A stretch of DNA of 64,000 bases from Candidatus Woesearchaeota archaeon (GTDB lineage: Archaea; Nanobdellota; Nanobdellia; Pacearchaeales; GW2011-AR1). Of this stretch, positions 8,040 to 17,215 are shown piece by piece. A model generated the notes under the pieces. It ran no database searches and was not told the DNA's origin. It saw nothing but the letters and a program-made list of their open reading frames with translations. The position numbers were made by a program, and so were the translations under genes. The stretch covers positions 8,066 to 72,065 of the forward strand of contig CAYFMD010000003.1 in the NCBI GenBank assembly GCA_964344105.1. The letters are read 5' to 3'. Position 1 is the stretch's first letter, and each line of letters begins with the position of its first letter.

Positions 8040-9284
8040 TCATTTTTTTATACCTGTCTTTTTTAAGAAATCTTTTCCAGTGAATGATTTTAGAGATCCT
8101 ACTCTGGCCTCTATTTCTGTGAATCTATGTGCGTGATCTGGTTCTATGTTGTTTTGGTAGATTAAAACTGGAACCGGGTGAGCTGAATGACCTTTTAGTT
8201 CACAAGGGGTTGAATGATCGCAAGTAACAATTACTCTCCAATCGTTTTTTACAGCTTGTTGCTTTATGAAAGAGAATAGTTTTTTGTCTACAGTTTCTAT
8301 CATCTTCTTTTTTTCTAAAGGCTTGTTATCATGTCCTGGAAGATCTGTTTCTTTTATTTGAATATAGCATCCCTGGAAGCTATTGTGGTGTTTTTTGATA
8401 GTTTTTATTGTGTGTTTTATTTTTGTGCTTAATAATTTTTCAAGATATTTGTAAGTGTCAATTGATTTTTGTGGAGGGATTTTGTATGGGAAGTTTTTCA
8501 TGCCTGAGATTTTTGCTATTCCAACTTCTAATGGCATTGAATTAACAGACATCCAGTTTCTGTATTGTTTGATCTTTGGTAATGAGTTCCCCGCACCTCT
8601 TGTTAAAATTATATTGGCTGGAAATAATCCTTTTCTTATTCTTTCTTTATTTACTGGATGATTTTTTAGGATGTGATATGATTGTATTATGAAATCGTTC
8701 ACTAATTCAGAGGATGTTTTTGATTTTGGATTTTTATCTACTGGTCCTGAGAATCTGAATAGGTTTGCTTTTGCACCTCCTGCCCATCCTGAATTGACTG
8801 GAGTGATTTTATCTGAATGATCTCCTTTTAATACTAGTGCGCCACGATGTTGTACTGTTGATTTGAATTCAAACTTACATTGTAGTACTATTTCTTCATT
8901 TAGTGATTTGGCTAATTGCTGAGCTTCTTTTGTAGTAAGTGTTCTTCCTGCTCTCCTATCAATTAGATTTTTGTTTTTTAGGTTGTCAATTGTCCCGAAG
9001 TTTGTTCTTAATGCAAGATCTCCTTTTTTGAGGTTTATTCCAGATCCAATTGTTTCATAGATTCCACGTTCGCACTTTTTTGGATCATTTCCTAGAAGGG
9101 TCACTATTGAATTAGCAGAACTTGGTGTTTTTCCTTTTGCTAAGGGATACATTATTCCTAGCTGTCCATTTTCTGCTAGGAAGTCTAGGTTTGGAGTTCT
9201 CGCGGCTTCAAATGGCGTTTGATTTTTTAGAGATTTGTTTGGGAGATCTGCGGCACCATCTAGAATTATTAGTACTGTTTTCAT
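8040..9284 (-). CDS. apgM: 2,3-bisphosphoglycerate-independent phosphoglycerate mutase, archaeal type
   Basis: It contains MKTVLIILDGAADLP...TPNLDFLAENGQLG...LIDRRAGR and a C-terminal HSAHPVPVLIY. Confidence 0.85.
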   Translation of the reverse strand: MKTVLIILDGAADLPNKSLKNQTPFEAARTPNLDFLAENGQLGIMYPLAKGKTPSSANSIVTLLGNDPKKCERGIYETIGSGINLKKGDLALRTNFGTIDNLKNKNLIDRRAGRTLTTKEAQQLAKSLNEEIVLQCKFEFKSTVQHRGALVLKGDHSDKITPVNSGWAGGAKANLFRFSGPVDKNPKSKTSSELVNDFIIQSYHILKNHPVNKERIRKGLFPANIILTRGAGNSLPKIKQYRNWMSVNSMPLEVGIAKISGMKNFPYKIPPQKSIDTYKYLEKLLSTKIKHTIKTIKKHHNSFQGCYIQIKETDLPGHDNKPLEKKKMIETVDKKLFSFIKQQAVKNDWRVIVTCDHSTPCELKGHSAHPVPVLIYQNNIEPDHAHRFTEIEARVGSLKSFTGKDFLKKTGIKK

Positions 9285-9368
9285 CTTATCACCTTTTTAT
9301 TGTAAGTGCTTTTGGGTATAAAAGATTTTTCTAATTAACCTTAAAAACCTCGATATCCTTGCAGTTTT

Positions 9369-10760
9369 ATGTTTGGAAAGTTTAAAGATAAGCTGAAGGG
9401 ATGGTTTAGTTCTAGTGCTGAGAAGATTGAGGAAGAAGCTGAAAAGATAGAAACTGAAGAAGAAGTTGTTGAAGAGCCTCCTAAGGAAGATAAGAAGAAA
9501 TCTGAGGGGAAGGTAAAGGCAGAAGTTAGTGAAAAAGATATAGAAAAAGTTGAGAAGTTAATTGAGAAGGCTAGGGATGAAAAGGTGGAAGGTGTTCCTG
9601 TCGCATATAATGAGTTTAGGAAGAAAACTGAGCCTGATCTTGATAAGATTCATGAGGAAGCAGGCACTATTAGTGATCAGATAGAAGAGGCTGAGCAGAA
9701 AAAGAAGGAGGAAAAGAAGGTTCAGAAGGAAGTAGAAAAGTTTGATAAGGAATTGGAGAGAGTTGATAAGGAGATAGAAGAAGAAAAAAATGAAGTGGAA
9801 GAGGGGGTTGTTGAAGAAGAGAAGTTTGAACCTGATTTGGAGGATAGGGGCAAGGGAAAGGTTAAGATGGAAGGACTTTCTGAAGAGAAGAAAGGTTTCT
9901 TTTCTAGGATGAAGAGTAGTTTTTCTTATAAGATTACAGAAGATGAGTTTGATAGTATATTTGATGATCTTGAACTTTTGTTATTAGATAATAATGTGGC
10001 GCTTGAAGCTGTAGATGATATTAGAGAGAAGCTTAAGGAAAAATTAGTTGGTAAGGAGATTAAGAAAGAAGAGTTAGAGGGAGAAATTCGTACTGAGTTG
10101 AAGAGAGCTATAGAAGAGGTTTTAATCGAGCCAGATAATCCTTTAGAATTTATTAAAATAGCTGAGAAGCCGTTTAAGATTTTGTTTTTTGGAATTAATG
10201 GTACTGGAAAGACAACAAGTATTGCCAAGGTTACTAGTTTTTTGAAGGCTGCAGGTTATAGCGTTGTGTTAGCTGCAGGAGATACTTTCAGAGCAGCCAG
10301 TATTGAGCAAATTGAAGAGCACGCTGGTAAGTTAGATGTTCCTGTGATTAAGCAAGATTATGGTGCAGATCCTGCGGCAGTTGGATTTGATGCTATTCAG
10401 TATGCTAAGAAGAATAAGATAGATGTTGTTCTTATAGATACTGCTGGAAGGATGCATACTAAATCTAATTTATTGGCTGAGATGGAGAAGATTGTTCGGG
10501 TAACTGATCCTGATTTGAAGTTGTTTGTTGCAGAGAGTGTTGCTGGGAATGATGCTGTTGATCAAGCTAAGGCTTTCCATGAGACCGTTGACATTGACGG
10601 ATCAATATTGAGTAAGGCAGATATTGATGAGAAAGGTGGGACAGTTATTAGTGTTAGTCATGCTACTAAGAAGCCTGTATTTTATTTGGGTACTGGCCAG
10701 AATTATTGTGATCTTGAATTGTTCAATAAACAGAAGTTTGTTGAGAGTCTTGGATTATAG
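9369..10760 (+). CDS. ftsY: signal recognition particle receptor FtsY
   Basis: It has an acidic K/E-rich A-domain followed by an NG domain (FFGINGTGKTTSIAK...DTAGR...DGSILSKAD) and no M domain. Confidence 0.9.
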   Translation: MFGKFKDKLKGWFSSSAEKIEEEAEKIETEEEVVEEPPKEDKKKSEGKVKAEVSEKDIEKVEKLIEKARDEKVEGVPVAYNEFRKKTEPDLDKIHEEAGTISDQIEEAEQKKKEEKKVQKEVEKFDKELERVDKEIEEEKNEVEEGVVEEEKFEPDLEDRGKGKVKMEGLSEEKKGFFSRMKSSFSYKITEDEFDSIFDDLELLLLDNNVALEAVDDIREKLKEKLVGKEIKKEELEGEIRTELKRAIEEVLIEPDNPLEFIKIAEKPFKILFFGINGTGKTTSIAKVTSFLKAAGYSVVLAAGDTFRAASIEQIEEHAGKLDVPVIKQDYGADPAAVGFDAIQYAKKNKIDVVLIDTAGRMHTKSNLLAEMEKIVRVTDPDLKLFVAESVAGNDAVDQAKAFHETVDIDGSILSKADIDEKGGTVISVSHATKKPVFYLGTGQNYCDLELFNKQKFVESLGL

Positions 10761-10799
10761 GCTATAAATCTTTATTAATCAATTTTATTTTGAATTGGG

Positions 10800-11426
10800 A
10801 TGGCTGATGATGGTGTTATAAAATTTAATCCTGGTTTTACGGAGGATGCTTCTCCGGGTCATGATGAGGTTGCTTTATTGAATCCTTGGAGGAGAAGACA
10901 TTATGAGTTGGGATTAATTGGAGAGGCTGCTGGAGTTGGTTATGGGAATGTTAGTATGAGAGTTCCCCCTTTTGAGATACGTCCTAGTAATAGGGCATTT
11001 ATTGTTTCTGGAACTCAGACTGGTTGTTTTCCTGTTCTTGCAGATCATCATTATGCTACTGTTATTGAATGCTATCCTGATGAGAATAGGCTTAATTCTT
11101 TTGGTCAGATTAAACCTTCTTCTGAGTCTATGACTCATGGTGCTATTTACATGTTTGATCCTAATATTAGATTTGCCTTTCATGCTCATTCTGCTAATAT
11201 GTGGAAGTATTTGGGAGATAGGGGATTTCCAGGCACAGATGGCGCTGTAGAATATGGTACTCCTGAAATGTCTGCAGAAGTTACTAGGTTATTAGCAGCG
11301 GGAGATGTTTTGGAGGAAAGGATCTTTTGGATGGCGGGTCATGAAGATGGAGTTTTTACTTTTGGGCGGACGGCAGAGGAGGCTTGGGAACCTATGTTTA
11401 GGATCTATGAGTTGTCAAAGCCTTAA
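10800..11426 (+). CDS. class II aldolase/adducin-family protein
   Basis: It contains SGTQTG...SSESMTHGAIY...HAHS...GTPE...HGVFTFG. Confidence 0.5.
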   Translation: MADDGVIKFNPGFTEDASPGHDEVALLNPWRRRHYELGLIGEAAGVGYGNVSMRVPPFEIRPSNRAFIVSGTQTGCFPVLADHHYATVIECYPDENRLNSFGQIKPSSESMTHGAIYMFDPNIRFAFHAHSANMWKYLGDRGFPGTDGAVEYGTPEMSAEVTRLLAAGDVLEERIFWMAGHEDGVFTFGRTAEEAWEPMFRIYELSKP

Positions 11427-11464
11427 TCAGTTAGCTTTTTATATTGTTAATTTTCTAAATAGTT

Positions 11465-12436
11465 ATGATAGTTGGAATTGAGACTACTGCACACACCTTT
11501 GGTGTTGGAATAGTTAATGATGGAGAGATCGTTGCTAATAAGAAGGATGCTTATACTACTGAGAGTGGTGGAATTATTCCAATGGATGCAGCTGCGCACC
11601 ATAGAGATTGTGCAGATAGGGTTTGGGATGAAGCTTTGGAAGAGGCTGGAATTTCTGCAGAGGATGTTGAAGCTATTGCTGTTAGTCAGGCGCCTGGATT
11701 GCCGCCTTGTTTGGCTGAAGGAATGAAGTTTGCTAAAAAGAAGGCTAAAGAACTTGGAGTTCCTTTAGTGCCTGTTAATCATTGTGTTGCTCATTTAGAG
11801 ATTGGTAAGAGTGTTGGAGCCACAGATCCTGTTATGTTGTATGCTTCTGGAGCTAATACTCAGATAATCGCTTATGCCGCTGGAAAGTACAGGGTTTTTG
11901 GAGAGACATTAGATACTGGAATTGGAAATTTTATTGATACTTTTGCTAGGCATATCGGTTTAGGATTTCCTGGAGGCCCTAAGATTCAGAAGTTGGCTGA
12001 AGGTGGAGAGTATATTGAAGTTCCTTATACAATAAAGGGAATGGATGTTGCTTTTTCTGGTTTGTTGACTAAGCTTAAACAGTTAAAGGAAAAGGGCGAG
12101 AAGGATGAGGATTTGGCTTTTAGCTTACAGGAGAGTGCTTTTGCAACATTAGTTGAAGCTGCAGAAAGGGCGTTGGCACATACTGGAAAGAATGAATTGT
12201 TGTTAGGTGGAGGGGTTGGATGTAATGCTAGATTGCAGGAAATGTGTAGGAAAATGTGCGAGGAGCGAGGTGCTAAGTTCTTTGTCCCAGGTTTTGGTTT
12301 GTTAGTTGATAATGGTGCTATGATTGCTTATTTGGGTGAGATAATGTTTAAGTCTGGAATTAAGGTTGAGGATGTAGACTCATTAGATATAGATTCTAGG
12401 CAGAGAACTGATATGGTTGATGTTAAGTGGAAGTAA
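11465..12436 (+). CDS. kae1: tRNA N6-adenosine threonylcarbamoyltransferase Kae1
   Basis: It contains IVGIETTAHTFGVGIV, VNHCVAHLE and GGGVGCNARL. Confidence 0.9.
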   Translation: MIVGIETTAHTFGVGIVNDGEIVANKKDAYTTESGGIIPMDAAAHHRDCADRVWDEALEEAGISAEDVEAIAVSQAPGLPPCLAEGMKFAKKKAKELGVPLVPVNHCVAHLEIGKSVGATDPVMLYASGANTQIIAYAAGKYRVFGETLDTGIGNFIDTFARHIGLGFPGGPKIQKLAEGGEYIEVPYTIKGMDVAFSGLLTKLKQLKEKGEKDEDLAFSLQESAFATLVEAAERALAHTGKNELLLGGGVGCNARLQEMCRKMCEERGAKFFVPGFGLLVDNGAMIAYLGEIMFKSGIKVEDVDSLDIDSRQRTDMVDVKWK

Positions 12437-12530
12437 AGCTTTAAATACCCTAAATTTATGGATCTAATATAGCCAATGACTATGGGAGGCTTACTCTTTA
12501 GTTCTTGGCGCATTAAATACGGAGATAAAA

Positions 12531-12869
12531 ATGGTTTCGGTATACGAATTAATCGAGAAGGCGAGAAAGACTGGAAAGGTCGAGAAAGGTACGAACGAAG
12601 TTACCAAGGCAGTAGAGAGAGGTACTGCGAAGTTGGTTGCTTATGGTGCTGATGTGGACCCTAAGGAGATCGTTCAACACATACCAATTCTATGTAAGGA
12701 AAAAGGTGTTCCTTGTGTAGAAGCTGACAAGAAAGAGAAGCTAGGTGTTGCTGTTGGATTGAATGTTGGTTGTGCTAGCGTTGTTGTAATAGATGCTGGT
12801 GATGCTGATAGCGATCTTAAGGGATTTGTTGCTAGTCTTGGTAAAGAAGAAACTAAGAAGGACGAATAA
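12531..12869 (+). CDS. rpl7ae: 50S ribosomal protein L7Ae
   Basis: It contains KGTNEVTKAVERGTAKLVAYGADVDPKEIVQHIPILCKEKGVPCV. A GGAGAT SD lies 10 nt upstream. Confidence 0.9.
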   Translation: MVSVYELIEKARKTGKVEKGTNEVTKAVERGTAKLVAYGADVDPKEIVQHIPILCKEKGVPCVEADKKEKLGVAVGLNVGCASVVVIDAGDADSDLKGFVASLGKEETKKDE

Positions 12870-12918
12870 TTCTGATAACTTTTAAGTTATTTGAATTAAA
12901 CTCTGATTATCTATTAAA

Positions 12919-13215
12919 ATGGGATCAAAGACACAAAAAACTAAGGAAGGCCAGGGAAGTGGTTCTGGAAAGGGAGCTGATGCTCTATTGAGTGAAAGCG
13001 CTGTTCCAGCTGTTGTTGAAGCAATTGTTGGTAGAACTGGTGCTAAGGGAGAAGTTACTCAGGTTAAGGCTAGAGTTTTACAAGGATTTGATAAAGGTAA
13101 GGTTATGAGAAGAAATGTTAAAGGTCCTGTGAGAAAGAAGGATATTTTGATGTTGAGAGAGACTCAGATTGAGGCTAGAAGAATTAAGAGTAAATATTCT
13201 AAGGGGGCAGCTTAA
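12919..13215 (+). CDS. rps28e: 30S ribosomal protein S28e (with ~25-aa G/S-rich N-terminal extension)
   Basis: It contains [58 protein letters not shown]. Confidence 0.85.
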   Translation: MGSKTQKTKEGQGSGSGKGADALLSESAVPAVVEAIVGRTGAKGEVTQVKARVLQGFDKGKVMRRNVKGPVRKKDILMLRETQIEARRIKSKYSKGAA

Positions 13216-13527
13216 ATGCCAACTTGTTCATTTTGTAAGAGGAATTATGAAAATCCAAGAGGATTGACTGTTTTTACTTTTGATGGAAAGTCTCTTTTCT
13301 ATTGTTCTAGTAAGTGTAGAGCTAATGCTAAGTTGGGAAGAGATCCTAAGAAGACTAATTGGGTTAAGACTGAAAAGAAAGTTAAGGTAAAGCCTGTTGA
13401 AGAGAAACCAAAGAAGGTTGAGAAAAAGGAAGAGCCAAAAGTAGAAGAAAAGAAGGAAGAGGCTAAAGAAGAAGTGAAGAAAGAAGAGAAAGTTGAAGAG
13501 AAAAAGGAAGAATCTAAAAAAGCTTAA
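13216..13527 (+). CDS. rpl24e: 50S ribosomal protein L24e (K/E-rich tail)
   Basis: It contains CSFCKRN...FTFDGKSLFYCSSKCRANAKLGRDPKK. L7Ae-S28e-L24e is the conserved archaeal gene order. Confidence 0.85.
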   Translation: MPTCSFCKRNYENPRGLTVFTFDGKSLFYCSSKCRANAKLGRDPKKTNWVKTEKKVKVKPVEEKPKKVEKKEEPKVEEKKEEAKEEVKKEEKVEEKKEESKKA

Positions 13528-13536
13528 AATTTTTAA

Positions 13537-14994
13537 TTAAACTTTATAGATAACGTTATTGTTTTTGTTATATACTATTTCCCAATTGCAATCGATTTGT
13601 TGTTCTGATAGTACATATGATACATTATATTTCTGGATTATTTGATTCTTTGTTTCACATCCTTCGGATAGGAAGAACTGAAATAGTAAGTTCCTATCTC
13701 CGTAGAAGAAAGTAGTTGCTAAGGGTTGGTGGTTAGTTATTGGGAAGATAGTTGTTGAGATTAATGCTGGCGCTATTACTCTTGATTTTGGTTCTATTGG
13801 TTGTTGTTTTAGAAATTGAAGCGCTTCATAATTATCTTCATCTATATTGTTGTAGAAAGGCGTTCTTTCTGGAAGATCATAGTATGAGTAGAATGTTAGA
13901 ACTATGATTAAAGTTATTGTGATTAGTGTTAGGATCTTTTTGTTTCTTATTTTTTGAGTTAGGTGATAGAGTCCTATTGCACTTAGGAATGGGAGGGATA
14001 TTGCAAAATAGTATAGGTTTCTTTGATATGGGCTTAGGTAAGAGATTCCTGTTTGTTTGAATATTAATATCGATATTATCATTACAATTGGCCAGATTAT
14101 GTGGATTAGATATTTTTTTCTAGTTTCTTTTTTGGAGATTATTGCTATTGATCCAATTATTGCTAGTAAGTATCCGATTGGGCTGTAGAGTTCAAACGGT
14201 GAGTTGTTAGCTTCTAAGACTCCGAAACCGTGTTTGAATTGTAAGCTGTTTATTATATTTGGGATTGATTGTATAATTGGTTCGTTCATTATTTGGCTGT
14301 AGAAAAATATTCCTAGGATTGGTATTAGGAAGAATGCTAGGAAAAATTTGTATTCTTTTTTTATGAATGATTTGTTTGTTAGTAAGTAGATTCCTAAGAT
14401 TGGTATTGCAAAGAGTACGGAGATTGAATGTATTGGTATGAGGAATAGCATTATTAGGAGGCTGTAGATAATTAGTTTTTTGTTTTCTTCTTGAATTCCT
14501 TTTGTGAATGCATGCATGTAGAGATAAATGAAAGGTATAGAGAAAGTTAATGGTATGAAGTACCATAATCCTAGTATGTTAGTATTTGATTTTAGTGATG
14601 CGAAGAATATTATTGTTGTTAGCGCTATTAGATAATTTGATTTTAGGGTTTTTGTTTCATCTTTTGTTATCTTGAATAAGATTATTGCAGTTATGACTGC
14701 CCATATTGTTGGGAGGAATCTATAGATTAGAATTAGGTTTGTGAAAGAATCTATGATTGAGAGAATGAAATGAAATCCTACTTTTGCTGCAGTGACTCCA
14801 GTGGGTGTTTGGTAGTTTAGTTTTATAGATTCTGTGATATGGTGCCATTCATCTATATGTGTGGGATAGGGATTGTCTAGTCTTGGAGATAGGATTAGTA
14901 GGAAGATTAGTATGAGAATTGTGAATAATAAGTAACTCTTCTTTATTTTCATATAATTATTTGGAGGGTCGTTATATATATTTTTATGTGACAA
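13537..14994 (-). CDS. polytopic membrane protein, putative GT-C-type (ArnT/PMT-like) glycosyltransferase
   Basis: About 12 hydrophobic helices are predicted. A DEW motif sits in the first extracytoplasmic loop (PTHIDEWHH). There is no WWDYG motif, so it is not AglB. It lies in a glycosylation cluster. Confidence 0.3.
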   Translation of the reverse strand: MSHKNIYNDPPNNYMKIKKSYLLFTILILIFLLILSPRLDNPYPTHIDEWHHITESIKLNYQTPTGVTAAKVGFHFILSIIDSFTNLILIYRFLPTIWAVITAIILFKITKDETKTLKSNYLIALTTIIFFASLKSNTNILGLWYFIPLTFSIPFIYLYMHAFTKGIQEENKKLIIYSLLIMLFLIPIHSISVLFAIPILGIYLLTNKSFIKKEYKFFLAFFLIPILGIFFYSQIMNEPIIQSIPNIINSLQFKHGFGVLEANNSPFELYSPIGYLLAIIGSIAIISKKETRKKYLIHIIWPIVMIISILIFKQTGISYLSPYQRNLYYFAISLPFLSAIGLYHLTQKIRNKKILTLITITLIIVLTFYSYYDLPERTPFYNNIDEDNYEALQFLKQQPIEPKSRVIAPALISTTIFPITNHQPLATTFFYGDRNLLFQFFLSEGCETKNQIIQKYNVSYVLSEQQIDCNWEIVYNKNNNVIYKV

Positions 14995-15025
14995 TGTTTA
15001 AAATACTCTTCCAATTTGATATTTT

Positions 15026-15649
15026 ATGATAAAAGAGAGTAATGTTAGGCGTGGACATGCTCGTATGTTTAGAATTCTTAAGTATCTTGATAGATTGTGC
15101 AGGGAGAATAGATTAACATATTGGATTTGTGGCGGAACTTTAATTGGTGCTATTTTTCACAAGGGATGGAAACCTAATGGCAGTGATATTGATATAACAT
15201 TACCAGAAAGAGATTATGCTAGGCTCTATGATCTTGTATTGAAAAATCCTTTGGAAGGTACCAGTGTTGAGTTGGTTAGGCCAATCTTGTTTAGGATTGT
15301 TGATTCGAAAGGCAAATATTCTAAGGGATCTAGGAGGGGTGTTGGTTTGATAGTAGATGTTTCTGCAAGTAAGGTGAAGAAGGGTTTGATTAATATTAGA
15401 TATAGGTGCCAGATTGATGAGGGTAATGAGAAAATTTTTAGGAAGAACATTCTTTTTCCCTTAAGAGAGTATGAATTTGAAGAGGGCTCTTTTTTTGGCC
15501 CGAATAAGCCGGTTTCTTTTTTGAGGTGTTTTAAGGAGGGCACTCAAAAATTAAATGATTATGGGTCTAATATTGAATATTTTAGGAAATTAAGAGAAGA
15601 TTATGATGCTAATAGCGAGATTGAGGTAAATTTTATTTCAGAAAGATGA
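15026..15649 (+). CDS. LicD-family phosphotransferase (nucleotidyltransferase-fold)
   Basis: It contains LTYWICGGTLIGAIFHKGWKPNGSDIDITLPERDYARL, matching the LicD D-x-D core. Confidence 0.6.
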   Translation: MIKESNVRRGHARMFRILKYLDRLCRENRLTYWICGGTLIGAIFHKGWKPNGSDIDITLPERDYARLYDLVLKNPLEGTSVELVRPILFRIVDSKGKYSKGSRRGVGLIVDVSASKVKKGLINIRYRCQIDEGNEKIFRKNILFPLREYEFEEGSFFGPNKPVSFLRCFKEGTQKLNDYGSNIEYFRKLREDYDANSEIEVNFISER

Positions 15650-16494
15650 CAGTATATAATATTTTTAGAAGATTGCTACCTAGGGATTTTGCTGGAAAGA
15701 TTTATGAATATTATTTAAGATCAAGGTTTGCTAGGAATATAAAAAGAGAAAAAATGGGAATTTTTTATACTCCATTTTATGTTGTAGATTATATTGTTGA
15801 AAATTCAGTTACTAATTATATTGAAGGGATGTCGATAGATGAAATATTGGATGTTAAAATATTAGATCCTTCTTGCGGTTCTGGCAGGTTTTTGGTTAAG
15901 TCATTTGAAGTTTTATGTAGGTCTGTTGAGGATAGGTTAAGGAAAAATGAATTTTCTTCTAATTGGAAGGTTTTTGATTATTTTGATGGGAAATTAGATC
16001 GTGACCAAAAGGCTACTATATTATTTAATTGCATTTATGGGATTGATTTGGATGATAGGGCGGCTAAAATATGTAGGTTTAATTTGAGAATTTCTTCTAG
16101 TTTTATGGATGTAGGGGATGATGAATTAAATATAGTTTGTGCAGATGCTATATTGGATGAAGTTTTTGACTTAGATTTTGATTTAGTTATTGGAGGGCCA
16201 CCTTATGGATCTTATATAAAGTTTAGAGATCGGAGACTAATAGGGGAGCAGTATAATTTCGGTACTACATATAGTACGGTTATTTTTATGGCCTTCGCAA
16301 AAAATGTTACTAAGAAGGGAGGAATGAATGTAATGATTGTGCCTAAGAAAGTTTTTGTAGATGATAATTTAAACATGATTTCAGGTTATCTTGGGGAGGG
16401 ATTATTTGATATAGTGGATTTTGGCCAGGTTTGGGAAGAGGTCCCTTTAGAAGAGGTTGTTTATTTTTATAGGAAGAAAAATGGAATTAGTTAG
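15646..16494 (+). CDS. gamma-class amino-methyltransferase-fold protein (Eco57I/TaqI-like N6-adenine MTase catalytic domain). It has an atypical GPPY motif IV and no target-recognition domain.
   Basis: Motif X is GIFYTP, motif I is LDPSCGSGRFL and motif IV is IGGPPYG. At 282 aa it is too short to carry a TRD. Confidence 0.45.
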   Translation: MTVYNIFRRLLPRDFAGKIYEYYLRSRFARNIKREKMGIFYTPFYVVDYIVENSVTNYIEGMSIDEILDVKILDPSCGSGRFLVKSFEVLCRSVEDRLRKNEFSSNWKVFDYFDGKLDRDQKATILFNCIYGIDLDDRAAKICRFNLRISSSFMDVGDDELNIVCADAILDEVFDLDFDLVIGGPPYGSYIKFRDRRLIGEQYNFGTTYSTVIFMAFAKNVTKKGGMNVMIVPKKVFVDDNLNMISGYLGEGLFDIVDFGQVWEEVPLEEVVYFYRKKNGIS

Positions 16495-17215
16495 AAAAAG
16501 CTTGGTTCAAATGAAAGAGAATTTTAGAGAGAGTAATGGGGATAGCAAGTGGGGATTTGTTTGGTATTTGCTAGATCCCTTGATGTTATTTATTGCATTG
16601 ATATTTGTTTTTGAGGTTGTTTTTGGAGATAAGGGCCAGGTATATCCTTCTTATTTATTAATTGGATTAGTTGTATTCAACTTTTTTAGGTTTAGTACAA
16701 TTCAGGCATTTCATATCCTTAGAAAAAATAGTAATAAGATAAACAATGAAATGAGGCCTGAGGTATTTGTTCTGTCAAACTTTTTTCAGTCTCTTTTATT
16801 ACACGCATTTGAGATATTATTGATAGCTGTTGTTTTGAGTTATTATGGACTTTCCTTGAAAGGGTTAATTTTTTATCCTATCCTTTTATTTTTCTTTTCT
16901 ATATTTGTGTTGGGGGTATCTTTTCCCTTATCTTTGATAGGATTTTATAGAAAGGAACTATTTAGGGGATGGACTATTTTTACAAGGACTCTTTGGTTTG
17001 TGACGCCTACATTTTATTTTGTAGAGAAAGGGGATTTCTTATATAATTTCAATTTGTTTAACCCTATGTTTTATTTTATCACTTCTTTTAGAGATGTCCT
17101 TGTTTACAATGTTTTTCCTTCTTGGTGGATGATTTTAATCTTTGTGGAAATAAGTCTTTTAAGTTTCCTTGGAGGGTTAGCCTTATTTTTGTATTACTCT
17201 AAGAGAATTGGTTAA
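16481..17215 (+). CDS. ABC-2-type (Wzm/TagG-like) polysaccharide exporter permease
   Basis: Six predicted TM helices are present, with a size and hydropathy pattern typical of ABC-2 permeases. The start is taken at MELVRK. No ATPase partner lies adjacent. Confidence 0.4.
   Translation: MELVRKSLVQMKENFRESNGDSKWGFVWYLLDPLMLFIALIFVFEVVFGDKGQVYPSYLLIGLVVFNFFRFSTIQAFHILRKNSNKINNEMRPEVFVLSNFFQSLLLHAFEILLIAVVLSYYGLSLKGLIFYPILLFFFSIFVLGVSFPLSLIGFYRKELFRGWTIFTRTLWFVTPTFYFVEKGDFLYNFNLFNPMFYFITSFRDVLVYNVFPSWWMILIFVEISLLSFLGGLALFLYYSKRIG

Noticed and set aside
14207-14566. 119-aa minus-strand ORF inside the GT-C-like membrane-protein gene
   Set aside because: It is an alternative frame of a long, hydropathy-consistent membrane-protein ORF.
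16457-16480. Upstream start (MFIFIGRK) of the ABC-2 permease ORF
   Set aside because: That start would overlap the MTase gene by 38 nt. The in-frame ATG at 16481 (MELVRK) gives a conventional short overlap, so the shorter start is preferred. It remains unverified.
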